Of a stretch of DNA of 64,000 bases, positions 56,589 to 64,000 are shown piece by piece. The DNA lies in contig JAZNDS010000034.1 in NCBI GenBank assembly GCA_045588145.1, positions 4,840 to 68,839 of the forward strand, written 5' to 3'. Within the stretch, counting starts at the first letter, position 1. Every line of letters starts with the position of its first letter. The DNA comes from Eubacteriales bacterium (GTDB taxonomy: Bacteria; Bacillota; Clostridia; Oscillospirales; CAG-272). The notes under the pieces were generated by a model. It worked only from the letters and a program-made list of their open reading frames with translations. It did no database searches and was not told the DNA's origin. The translations under genes were made by a program, and so were the position numbers.

Positions 56589-56618
56589 AGAGCAAAACCG
56601 CGGTTCTGCTCTTTTCGT
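56589..56618. repeat. Hairpin-family terminator (AGAGCAaAACC-gc-GGTTCTGCTCT).
   Basis: 11-bp stem with one mismatch, followed by a T-run. Confidence 0.55.
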
Positions 56619-56624
56619 TTTCTT

Positions 56625-56984
56625 TTATTCCGAGGGCCACTCAATAGGCTGGTGACAAAAGGGGCACTCTTCTGTTCCGTATTCGATTTCCGCTTGGCAC
56701 CATGGGCATTGATGCTGCCGAACGTTTACCGGGTATTGATCTTCTTGCCGCAGCGTTTCTCTCGCTTCGCCGCGCAAGCAAGTTCTCGTGCCGGTAAGAT
56801 CCGGCAACGCAATGACGTATAAATACCCCACCACGCCAAGCCAAAAGCACATCGCACAGGTATGCTTTTCTTCCCCGTATCCCTTTTGCTTGGCTATCTC
56901 CTCAAATTTTTTTGCGACGATATACTGAACAAAAAGGGCCGCTCCGACGATTACCAACCACAGGAAAACAAGAAAACCTTCCAT
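56625..56984 (-). CDS. Small membrane protein (2 TM segments) with a C-terminal zinc-ribbon (CPWC...CPFC); hypothetical.
   Basis: Reads MEGFLVFLWLVIVGAALFVQYIVAKK...HQCPWCQAEIEYGTEECPFCHQPIEWPSE. RBS GGGAGG; a paralogue remnant lies at 63111-63425. Confidence 0.6.
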   Translation of the reverse strand: MEGFLVFLWLVIVGAALFVQYIVAKKFEEIAKQKGYGEEKHTCAMCFWLGVVGYLYVIALPDLTGTRTCLRGEARETLRQEDQYPVNVRQHQCPWCQAEIEYGTEECPFCHQPIEWPSE

Positions 56985-57063
56985 TTTTACCTCCCAATAA
57001 TGCCGTAGCAGCGGCAAATTAACGAGCCTTTTTCAAAATTTAACGATTTGCTTTCTCTTATTA

Positions 57064-57104
57064 TACTCAATCTTTGAGTAATTGTCAATACTCAATTTTT
57101 GAGT
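57064..57104. promoter_or_regulatory. Two perfect dyad operators, ACTCAA-N3-TTGAGT, in the divergent region between the zinc-ribbon membrane gene and the XRE gene.
   Basis: TACTCAATCTTTGAGTA (57064-80) and ACTCAATTTTTGAGT (57089-57103). Confidence 0.5.
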
Positions 57105-57144
57105 GTGTTAAACTTTTTACATACCGTATTGCAAGGGGGAAGCC

Positions 57145-57351
57145 ATGAATTATCGCACAAGAATGCGGCATTTGCGGGAAGACAGAGATCTAACACAACG
57201 AGAGGTAGCCGCGGTTATAAACAAATCGCAGCAGGGATACAGCCACATCGAGGACGGAAGGGCAGAATTAAAAATCGACGACTTGATCAAGCTTTGTCAT
57301 TTTTACAAGGTGAGTGCCGATTATTTCATTGGTCTTTCGGATGAAAAATAA
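57145..57351 (+). CDS. XRE-family HTH transcriptional regulator (68 aa).
   Basis: HTH LTQREVAAVINKSQQGYSHIEDG; C-terminus FYKVSADYFIGLSDEK resembles the XRE at 7523. Confidence 0.8.
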   Translation: MNYRTRMRHLREDRDLTQREVAAVINKSQQGYSHIEDGRAELKIDDLIKLCHFYKVSADYFIGLSDEK

Positions 57352-57353
57352 AA

Positions 57354-57383
57354 AGAGCAGAACCTCGGTTCTGCTCTTTATTA
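57354..57383. repeat. Hairpin-family terminator (AGAGCAGAACC-tc-GGTTCTGCTCT).
   Basis: Perfect 11-bp stem followed by TTTATT. Confidence 0.55.
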
Positions 57384-57446
57384 TAGCCAATGGAAAGAAC
57401 GCAAGCTTTTCATTAAACGGTTTAGGACAATGGGGGCTTCGGTTGA

Positions 57447-58127
57447 TTATATTTTCTTTTCCAATATACTTTTCAAATAATCCTTCTTAAACCTTCTTTT
57501 ACTGCCAAAGAATTCTTTTTCCCATTTAGACGGCGTATTTTCTTCAAATTTTTTCGCAACAAGCTCCAGGGTGCAAATCAAATCGGCGGCTTGGAAAAGG
57601 ATATAATCTTTAGGCTGCACCTTTCGGAACTCTACGTTTGAAAACAGGGCATTGAACACAGAGGTCAAGATCTTGGTTAATTCAATTTGCCCGTTATCGT
57701 AATAAATAACAATCTCCTCGAATTGCTCCCAATACGTCATGTTTCTTCGTAGGCTGTCCGCGATCGCTTTCGAAACAGGGGAGGTCAAGTGGATAACGTC
57801 CGGGCTTTCGGATTTTTTGATCAAAACAAAATCGTAGTGCAGATCCAAGGTTCTTACAAAATGAAACAGGGCATTGAACAATCGCTTTCTATCTTCCATG
57901 CGATCGTTTGAATAAATCGATTCCCGGCGGATCAGAGGTCCTGCGTGGATGGCGTGATCTTCATAGCCTATATTCTTTACGTGCTCATAAAAACGAGAAA
58001 TTTGATGACCTATATTCACCCTTTGATCATGCAAAACCATCGTTACAAGATAATAGGGCGAATGTGCCGCATATTCTCCGAAATCTCCGGATTCATCAAT
58101 AAAAATGCTCAATCTTCTTGTAGACAT
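57447..58127 (-). CDS. DUF3800-family protein in a low-GC islet.
   Basis: Reads MSTRRLSIFIDESGDFGEY, a DUF3800 N-terminal acidic motif. Local GC is far below that of the surrounding genome. Confidence 0.7.
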   Translation of the reverse strand: MSTRRLSIFIDESGDFGEYAAHSPYYLVTMVLHDQRVNIGHQISRFYEHVKNIGYEDHAIHAGPLIRRESIYSNDRMEDRKRLFNALFHFVRTLDLHYDFVLIKKSESPDVIHLTSPVSKAIADSLRRNMTYWEQFEEIVIYYDNGQIELTKILTSVFNALFSNVEFRKVQPKDYILFQAADLICTLELVAKKFEENTPSKWEKEFFGSKRRFKKDYLKSILEKKI

Positions 58128-58412
58128 CCGTGCTCTCCGTCGGTAAAAAAAGTGGCGGGGAAATTCCCCGCCTTTCGGTGGACCAGGGTCTTTCGACCAG
58201 CCCTACTAGTAAACACTAGCTTTTTGTGTTTTTATTATACCATGGTTTTTGCGGAATGTCAATAGCTTTCTGTAGACTTCATTTCTATTATATGCTGCTT
58301 TGAAAAAACAATGCATCTATAAGCACTTTCAAATTTTCTGAATCCGCTTTCAATTTATATAAAGATTATAGCAAATGTTTCAGTATAAATGGGGCTTTTT
58401 TCGCTTCGGTCA

Positions 58413-58445
58413 ACAAAAAAAAGAGGACAAATTTTCGTCCTCTTT
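58413..58445. terminator. Bidirectional terminator downstream of the LRR lipoprotein gene.
   Basis: AAAAAAAAGAGGAC-aaattttc-GTCCTCTTTTTTG. Confidence 0.55.
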
Positions 58446-58463
58446 TTTGTTAAAAGGCGTTTT

Positions 58464-60146
58464 TTATTCCGAAAGGGTAAGGGTGGTGATGACGGTGATA
58501 TACTCGTTGGAGTTATCGAAAAGGAGCTTGCCGTTTTCGATGGTGAAGAGAAGCTCCTCGGTGATGCCGTTGTAGATCTTCTCGCCGTCGACCTCCACGT
58601 ATTCGGTGGGATAGGGGCTGATACCCACGACGTTCCCGCCCGCAAAGGAAACCGAAAAGGCGGTGTAATCCTCGTTCATCGCGGTTTGGACCTTTTCTTC
58701 AAACTCTTCTTTCGTTTCGCTGTTTTGATAGAAGAAGAGCTGCTCACCCTCCAGGACGTATTCCAGCATTCCCTGTGCTTCGGCGGACTCTAACATATAC
58801 CAGTATTCGTCCGAGATCTCGACCTCGGTGCCTCCGTGGACATAGGTCTTTCCGTCTACCGTATCGGTGATGTTAAAGCTCCAGAAAACCGGCATACCGT
58901 TCTCATCGAAGTGCCAAAGCTTTTCCCCGGCGGCAAAGGCGAAGAGATCGCCCTCCTCCGAATAGTAGAATTTCTCGGCTTCAAAGAGGAAGTAGTTGCT
59001 GGGACCGTCGGAGTTGTCGATATGGATGGGCCCCCAGCTTGAAGCCGTCCCCTTATAATACACGGTCTCAAGGGCGGTGGATTCGTAGAACCCGTCCTTG
59101 CCGACCGATTCAAGGCCGCTGCCGAGGATGACGGTGGTAAGGTTCGGGCAAAGCTGGAACGCCTTATCCCCGATCGTGATGACCGAATCGGGAAGGACCA
59201 GGGTCTCCAGCGGCATACGCATAAAGGCCTTCGGGTTGATCGCCGTGACGCCCTCGGGGATCACGAGCGTGCCGCTGCCGGTCACATATTCCCCGTTTTC
59301 ATCCTTAAAGTAAAGGGTATCGGCGTTATCCAAGGGATGAGAGGAAGAGCCCCAGCTGTCGTCAAAGGCGATTCGGCAGTATTCGGCCAGCGTGCCGTTG
59401 AAATATACCTCCTCCAGCGCTTCGCACATGTCGAAAGCGTTATACCCGATCGAAATAACGGTAGCGGGCAGATACACGGTTTCAAGATTCTCGCAATACG
59501 AGAAGAAGGCGTACGGGATCGCCGTGCCCGAGGTGAGCGTCACCTCGGTAAGCGGAACATTTTGCGTTGAGTAAAGAGAGGAGAGAAAAACGTTTTCAAG
59601 AGCGGGAAGAGAAAGCTTGGTAAGCGCCGTGCAATTCTCGCTGAAAAGGCGATTGTAGATCTTGGTGACCGAATCGGGAACGGTGATCGAGGTGATGGCG
59701 GCGCTGTCAAACACGGGTAATTCCCCCTCGTTACCAACGGCAACGACCGGCTGACCGTTGTGGGTTGCGGGAATGACGACGCTTGCTTTGCTTCCCTTAT
59801 ACGCGCTCAAGCAATAGCCGCCCTCGCACGGCGCAAACACGAAATGCGCCTGGCGGTATGCGATGCTCGATCCGTCAGCCAGCGTATAGGTATAGACGGT
59901 TTCGTCGTTCTCCTCACTGACTGAAAGACGGCTATCGGAAAGGGCAGGGAAGCTTTCGCCTTGCTTGCAGTTCAAGCAAGAGATCATCCCCTCGCTGTTC
60001 TCAAAGGGATCCATAACAAATCTCCAGCTGTGCGCGCAAGTGCTTTGGGGCCCGGTTCCGACCCCGGGGTCACCCCCGTCGTCACACGCGCAAAGGAGGC
60101 AAGCAAAGGCAAGCAATACGATCAAAAAAGGCAGAATGCGTTTCAT
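58464..60146 (-). CDS. Leucine-rich-repeat (BspA-type LRR) surface lipoprotein.
   Basis: Lipobox LLCAC. Repeated ~23-aa units I.IPDSVT.IG..AF..C..L..V.LP; the C-terminal third is non-LRR. Confidence 0.75.
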   Translation of the reverse strand: MKRILPFLIVLLAFACLLCACDDGGDPGVGTGPQSTCAHSWRFVMDPFENSEGMISCLNCKQGESFPALSDSRLSVSEENDETVYTYTLADGSSIAYRQAHFVFAPCEGGYCLSAYKGSKASVVIPATHNGQPVVAVGNEGELPVFDSAAITSITVPDSVTKIYNRLFSENCTALTKLSLPALENVFLSSLYSTQNVPLTEVTLTSGTAIPYAFFSYCENLETVYLPATVISIGYNAFDMCEALEEVYFNGTLAEYCRIAFDDSWGSSSHPLDNADTLYFKDENGEYVTGSGTLVIPEGVTAINPKAFMRMPLETLVLPDSVITIGDKAFQLCPNLTTVILGSGLESVGKDGFYESTALETVYYKGTASSWGPIHIDNSDGPSNYFLFEAEKFYYSEEGDLFAFAAGEKLWHFDENGMPVFWSFNITDTVDGKTYVHGGTEVEISDEYWYMLESAEAQGMLEYVLEGEQLFFYQNSETKEEFEEKVQTAMNEDYTAFSVSFAGGNVVGISPYPTEYVEVDGEKIYNGITEELLFTIENGKLLFDNSNEYITVITTLTLSE

Positions 60147-60271
60147 GGTAATATCTCCTTTAAAAAACAATTACGGTATCAGTATAGCACACCGCGTGCC
60201 GTTTTGCAAGGCACGAGCAAAGAAAACGACCGATCAAAAAGGGGGCTCTCCCGAAGCGAGGGGCGCAAAAA

Positions 60272-60301
60272 AGAGCAGAACCGAGGTTCTGCTCTTTTTT
60301 G
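60272..60301. repeat. Hairpin-family terminator (AGAGCAGAACC-ga-GGTTCTGCTCT-TTTTTT).
   Basis: Perfect 11-bp stem followed by a T-run. Confidence 0.55.
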
Positions 60302-60324
60302 TTTTTGTAAAGTTTTCTTTCTGA

Positions 60325-61722
60325 TTATTCGTCTGCTTCAGCCTTTTCCTCGACCGAAGCGCTTTCTTCCCTCTTTTTCCCGAGGATCGAGGGCAGCGAC
60401 ATACCGGCCATCGAGAAGACCTCGTCAAGCGGGGGTACGCTCTTCATCATACCCGAGAGAAAGCCGGCGGTAGCGGTCTTTCCGTCGCCACTTGCGCCGT
60501 TATCCCACACCGTGACCTTGTCGATCTTGATATTCGAGATCGCGTCGACCTGGATCTTCATCAGCTCCTCAAGCTTATCGGCGATCATCAGGCGGAGCGC
60601 CTCGTCGGCCCCGCCACCCGCGGCGCGGACCAGCTCCTCAAAGCCGTCTGCCTGCTTGGTCAGCATTTCCTTCATACCGTTTGCCTCGGCCTGCATCTTG
60701 GCAAAGATCGCGTCAGCTTCACCCTTTGCCTTACGGCGGATCTGCTCGGCCTCGGCCTCGGCGGCCAGCTCCAAGCGGCGCTTTTCGATCTCGGCCTTTA
60801 CGATAACGTCGGCTTCCAGCGAGGCCTTTTCTCTGGCTTTACGGGCTTCTTCCGCGGCCTTTTCGGCGGCGTAGGCCTCCTCTAACGCCTTGGCCTCCTG
60901 GATCTTTTCGGCGGCGATGGCGATCCTTTGCGCCTCGGCCTCCTTTTCACGCAGTTGGGCGTTCGACAGAGCGATCTCTCCCTTGGCGTCGTTTTCACCC
61001 TTTACGGCGACCGAGTTGGCCTGGGCCACGTTGATACGCTCATCCTTCTGGGCGTTGGCTTCGCCGATCGCGCCGTCGCGGTTCTTTTCGGCAACCGACT
61101 TCTTCGCGTCGTTGATCGCCTTAGCGGCGGCCTCGCGACCGAGAGCGGTGATATAGCCCGACTCGTCCGAGATGTCGGTGACGTTTACGTTGATAAGACG
61201 AAGACCGATCTTCTTCAGCTCGCTTTCTACGTTGCGGCTGACCTCGTCAAGGAACTTATCGCGGTCGGTGTTGATCTCCTCGATATCCATCGTGGCGATA
61301 ACCAAACGCAGCTGACCGAAGATGATATCCTTCGCAAGATCTTGGATCTCGGAGAGCTGGAGGCCGAGAAGACGCTCGGCGGCGTTTTGCATCACGCCGG
61401 GCTCGGTCGAGATACCGACGGTGAAGCTCGACGGCACGTCGATACGGATGTTCTGGCGGGAAAGGGCGTTTCGAAGGTCTACGCCGATCGAGATGGGCGT
61501 CAGATCCAAGAATTCCACCGATTGAATGACCGGCACGATAAAGCGGGCGCCGCCGTGCATACAGGTCGCGCTTCTTGCGGTGCCGTCCTTGTTTTTACCG
61601 ACCTTACCGTAAATGACCATGATCTTATCCGAGGGGCACTTGCGATAGCGTGTGCAGGCCCAGAGCAGAATGGCCAAGGCGATAACGACGATGATGATGA
61701 GTGCGGTTAAAATGGGTCCCAT
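60325..61722 (-). CDS. Flotillin/SPFH (band-7) family protein, YqiK/FloA-like.
   Basis: N-terminal TM segment, SPFH domain, then a long Ala/Glu-rich coiled coil (EAEAQRIAIAAEKIQEAKALEEAYAAEKAAEEARKAREKA). Confidence 0.9.
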   Translation of the reverse strand: MGPILTALIIIVVIALAILLWACTRYRKCPSDKIMVIYGKVGKNKDGTARSATCMHGGARFIVPVIQSVEFLDLTPISIGVDLRNALSRQNIRIDVPSSFTVGISTEPGVMQNAAERLLGLQLSEIQDLAKDIIFGQLRLVIATMDIEEINTDRDKFLDEVSRNVESELKKIGLRLINVNVTDISDESGYITALGREAAAKAINDAKKSVAEKNRDGAIGEANAQKDERINVAQANSVAVKGENDAKGEIALSNAQLREKEAEAQRIAIAAEKIQEAKALEEAYAAEKAAEEARKAREKASLEADVIVKAEIEKRRLELAAEAEAEQIRRKAKGEADAIFAKMQAEANGMKEMLTKQADGFEELVRAAGGGADEALRLMIADKLEELMKIQVDAISNIKIDKVTVWDNGASGDGKTATAGFLSGMMKSVPPLDEVFSMAGMSLPSILGKKREESASVEEKAEADE

Positions 61723-61758
61723 AAAAATTCCTCCTTATATGGTAAAAATTTTGTTCTC

Positions 61759-62376
61759 TTATTTCTTCGCAACGACCAGGGTGCTTTCCCCCGAAACACC
61801 GACCACGACGATCTCGGTGCCGTAGGGAAGCGGCTCCTTTTCGTCGGTCACGGCATCCCTTTCGACCAAGGCACCCTGCAGCATCACGTTGACCTTGCCG
61901 TGGCCGATCCGCCCCGCGGGAACCGTGAGATACACCGTGCCCGAGGAGCCGAGGGCGTTACGGTTGTTGGCCGTGCCGTCGGATTGCAGGCGAAGGACGC
62001 CCCACATCAAGAAAGCGACCAGCGCCATCATGATTAGCCCGAAGGAGATCGAGATCAGCATTTGCGCCCAGGGGGGAAGCGTGCCGCCCGCCAGCGAAAC
62101 GCCCATCCACCCGAAGGACACGAAGAAGGCCATCACCGTGCGAAGCGTAAAAATATGAAAGCCGCCGAGATCGACGTCGCCGGCTGAAAAATCCTCCGGG
62201 CCGTCGGGAATATCAGGCAGGGCGTCGTCTGCCCCGTCGGGCAGGTCCATGCCGCCGTCCGAAAGGCCGATCAGCGACAAAACGATCTGTACGAGCAGAA
62301 CGATCGAGGCGGGAAAAGCGAAGCAAAGGCAGATCTGCCCAAAGAGGCCGAGGGCCTCAAACCATTGTCCTAACAT
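61759..62376 (-). CDS. NfeD/YqiJ-like membrane protein that partners the flotillin.
   Basis: TM segments, an acidic PDG-rich linker, and a C-terminal OB-fold-like segment GTVYLTVPAGRIGHGKVNVMLQGALVERDAV. RBS AAGGAGG. Confidence 0.7.
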   Translation of the reverse strand: MLGQWFEALGLFGQICLCFAFPASIVLLVQIVLSLIGLSDGGMDLPDGADDALPDIPDGPEDFSAGDVDLGGFHIFTLRTVMAFFVSFGWMGVSLAGGTLPPWAQMLISISFGLIMMALVAFLMWGVLRLQSDGTANNRNALGSSGTVYLTVPAGRIGHGKVNVMLQGALVERDAVTDEKEPLPYGTEIVVVGVSGESTLVVAKK

Positions 62377-62390
62377 ACGAAACTCCTCCT

Positions 62391-62945
62391 TTAATCCAAG
62401 CTGCGAAGCAATTGATCGATCCTTTGTTGCGCGGTGGAGCAAAGATGCGCGTAGACCATGACCGAAAGCACCCGCCCGATCCGCTTTTTATCTCCCGCGT
62501 AGCGCTCGGGGAAGCCCTCCAGCTCCTTTTGTGTGGCGGCCTTGATCGCCTCCCTTGAGGGATATCCCTCGCCGATCGCGCACAGCACGTTGGCGAACAT
62601 ATTGTAAAGGGTGGGGTCGTCGATGCGATCATCCGCCTCATCCGAAAGCTTTCCGTTGATCGAGGACAAAAGCGCTACGATCTTATCGATCTGCATGCTC
62701 TGCCGCAGAAGATTGATAATGACCACACGCGCAAACTGCCGCTCGCTGTATTGGCGGTGCTGCGGCGGAGACAGAAAGCCGCGCTTGACCCAGTTCTGAA
62801 CCGTGTGCGGCTCCAGCCCCGTCATATGCGAGATCTGCGAAAGCACGACCCCGCCCGCGGAGAAAATATTCGAAAAAACGTATCGCGCGCCGTCCTTTTC
62901 GATGTGGGAAACCTCGATCGTGGTTCCCGGCAAGGTACCAAGCAT
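62391..62945 (-). CDS. DUF1836-family protein (putative DNA-binding), first gene of the flotillin operon.
   Basis: Reads ISHMTGLEPHTVQNWVKRGF, the DUF1836 HTH-like core. Confidence 0.65.
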   Translation of the reverse strand: MLGTLPGTTIEVSHIEKDGARYVFSNIFSAGGVVLSQISHMTGLEPHTVQNWVKRGFLSPPQHRQYSERQFARVVIINLLRQSMQIDKIVALLSSINGKLSDEADDRIDDPTLYNMFANVLCAIGEGYPSREAIKAATQKELEGFPERYAGDKKRIGRVLSVMVYAHLCSTAQQRIDQLLRSLD

Positions 62946-62996
62946 CGTCGCCCCTCCTTCTTGCGGTATTTTGACCCCTTTCGGGGTTCATAATGA

Positions 62997-63025
62997 TTAT
63001 ATCACACGGTCACGTGACTGTCAAG
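62997..63025 (-). promoter_or_regulatory. Consensus sigma-A promoter for the DUF1836-nfeD-flotillin operon, with a 10-bp palindrome GTCACGTGAC in the spacer.
   Basis: Minus strand reads TTGACA-gtcacgtgaccgtgtga-TATAAT. Confidence 0.5.
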
Positions 63026-63074
63026 AGGGTTTACAAAAAAATTTTTGCCTTTTTTTATTGTATGCAAAAGGAAA

Positions 63075-63104
63075 AGAGCAGAACCGCACTTCTGCTCTTT
63101 TCCT
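63075..63104. repeat. Hairpin-family terminator (AGAGCAGAA-ccgcac-TTCTGCTCT).
   Basis: 9-bp stem with a T-run. The sequence continues into a duplicated segment shared with 56589-56640 (..TTTTCTTTTATTCCGAGGGCCACTCAATA..). Confidence 0.5.
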
Positions 63105-63110
63105 TTTCTT

Positions 63111-63425
63111 TTATTCCGAGGGCCACTCAATAAGCGGATGGCAAAAGGGGCATGCTTCTGCTCCGTATCGGATCGGCAATCGGCAGCAAGGGCACGGATG
63201 CCGCCGAGGTTTTTTGGAACGGGAAGCCGCTTTTTGCTGTATTTTCTTTACCTCGTCGGGTAAAAACATACGATCGGGTAACGCAATAACGTACAAAGCC
63301 CCAAAAACGCCAAGCCAGAAGCACATCGCAAAAGCGTGAGCTTCTTTCCCGTAGCCCTTTTACTTGGCTATCTCCTCAAATTTTTTCGCAACAATATATC
63401 GAACCGTCAGCACAGCACCGCCCAT
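63111..63425 (-). pseudogene. Degenerate paralogue of the zinc-ribbon membrane protein gene at 56625. It has an in-frame TAA where the paralogue has CAA (Gln) and no RBS.
   Basis: The aligned reading is ..RYIVAKKFEEIAK*KGYGKEAHAFAMCFWLGVFGALYVIALPD...CPCC..CPFCHPLIEWPSE versus ..QYIVAKKFEEIAKQKGYGEEKHTCAMCFWLGVVGYLYVIALPD...CPWC..CPFCHQPIEWPSE. Confidence 0.5.
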
Positions 63426-63530
63426 TACCAAAAAAAGAAAAGCAATAAAGGTGCGTACTCTAAAGGACAGTTTTAACGTGTGCTAAACTAACAGGCAAAT
63501 ACCGTTATAAGAATTTTTCAAATCGCTATG

Positions 63531-63559
63531 TTTACACTTCTGTGATTTTATGATATAAT
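63531..63559 (+). promoter_or_regulatory. Promoter with an extended -10 element in the low-GC islet.
   Basis: TTTACA-17-TGaTATAAT. Confidence 0.45.
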
Positions 63560-63615
63560 CAAATCAGATAAAAAACTAATCGATAAACTTGAATTTGACG
63601 AAGGAGTGAAAACGT

Positions 63616-63870
63616 ATGGACAAAGAAACGATTGGAACCGTACTATCTGTTGCAAAACAATGGTGGTTAAAGGTGAATACGAAGCCCATACGAATGGGTG
63701 CCTTGGACGGCGCAACCTTTCCGCATATCATTAAAGTGCAGTATGTTGTGGATGGAAACACCTACACTAAGAGAAAATGGATTGGTGCAGGTAAAGCAGT
63801 TCCTGCTGTTGGGAGCAAACTGACAGTTCTTTATTGTTCCAACAAGCCGAGTAAAGCAAAAATCCTCTAA
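63616..63870 (+). CDS. Hypothetical 84-aa protein in a low-GC islet.
   Basis: RBS GAAGGAG at 8-nt spacing; the promoter above; a terminator at 63913-63944 (AGCCACGG..CCGTGGCT-TTTTT). Confidence 0.55.
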   Translation: MDKETIGTVLSVAKQWWLKVNTKPIRMGALDGATFPHIIKVQYVVDGNTYTKRKWIGAGKAVPAVGSKLTVLYCSNKPSKAKIL

Positions 63871-64000
63871 TTAAACAAATTCCAATTTGTCGAATAAACA
63901 AAATAAAATAGAAGCCACGGATCAATGCGAACCGTGGCTTTTTGTGTGCCCTGAAAGTCTATCTGTTTTTCTTGGCAAGCACTGCATTTGTAGACACAAA

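Noticed and set aside
58128-58463. Small ORFs (58375..58575, 58389..58793) in the AT-rich DUF3800 upstream region.
   Set aside because: No RBS is present. They overlap the bidirectional terminator and the LRR gene, so they are more likely promoter or UTR DNA.
62940-62946. Apparent 1-nt discrepancy between my hand-read sequence and the supplied ORF frame at the DUF1836 start.
   Set aside because: This is most likely my transcription error over a run of A's. The supplied ORF coordinates are used, and hand-derived positions near 63000 may be off by 1 nt.
1-64000. Transposase, integrase or recombinase genes and tRNA-associated integration.
   Set aside because: None was found in any frame. tRNA-Thr at 32762-32837 has no direct repeat of its 3' end nearby. 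The two low-GC islets lack recombinase genes within the window.

Overview
This is a high-GC (about 60%) Clostridia-type chromosomal segment, probably Oscillospiraceae/Ruminococcaceae-like; the taxon is a guess from composition and protein families. It is densely coded and mostly housekeeping. On the minus strand it begins with a partial Fur-family regulator carrying its own Fur box, followed by uvrB–uvrA. Further along are a murD–lipoprotein–nifS operon, then on the plus strand leuS and a tRNA-Thr(GGT), then type-III glnA (minus) and rimI–tsaD (plus). These are followed by dnaD–dnaC-like loader genes and pdxK (plus) and ktrAB (minus), a GH29 fucosidase (minus) with a divergent AraC regulator, a MATE pump, and a flotillin/NfeD/DUF1836 operon. 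At 17.6–31.7 kb there is a 14-gene Wzx/Wzy-dependent polysaccharide locus. It has a PglC-like priming transferase, an LmbE deacetylase, an ATP-grasp ligase, GT2 and GT4 transferases, an EpsG-like polymerase, a pyruvyl transferase with its F420-beta-like partner, a flippase, a CapE/FnlA–reductase–CapG/FnlC 6-deoxy-L-HexNAc pathway and an NTP_transf_5 protein. No transposase, integrase, CRISPR array or rRNA is present. The less ordinary parts are listed here. (1) An orphan 54-aa six-cysteine peptide gene sits behind a consensus promoter, a dyad operator and a ~170-nt structured leader that ends in a UUCG-tetraloop intrinsic terminator. (2) Two long convergent-gene intergenic regions are built from direct then inverted copies of a 7-mer interleaved with small GC-closed hairpins. 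(3) A zinc-ribbon membrane protein gene has been duplicated with its flanking hairpin; one copy carries a nonsense mutation, and each copy lies next to a low-GC islet encoding a DUF3800 protein or an 84-aa protein. (4) A DedA/TVP38–cardiolipin synthase fusion. (5) An AAC(3)-like acetyltransferase is translationally coupled to rlmH. (6) A recurring AGAGCAGAACC-nn-GGTTCTGCTCT bidirectional terminator family. Many long antisense ORFs in the track are GC-frame artefacts. Coordinates derived by hand-counting may be off by 1–2 nt.
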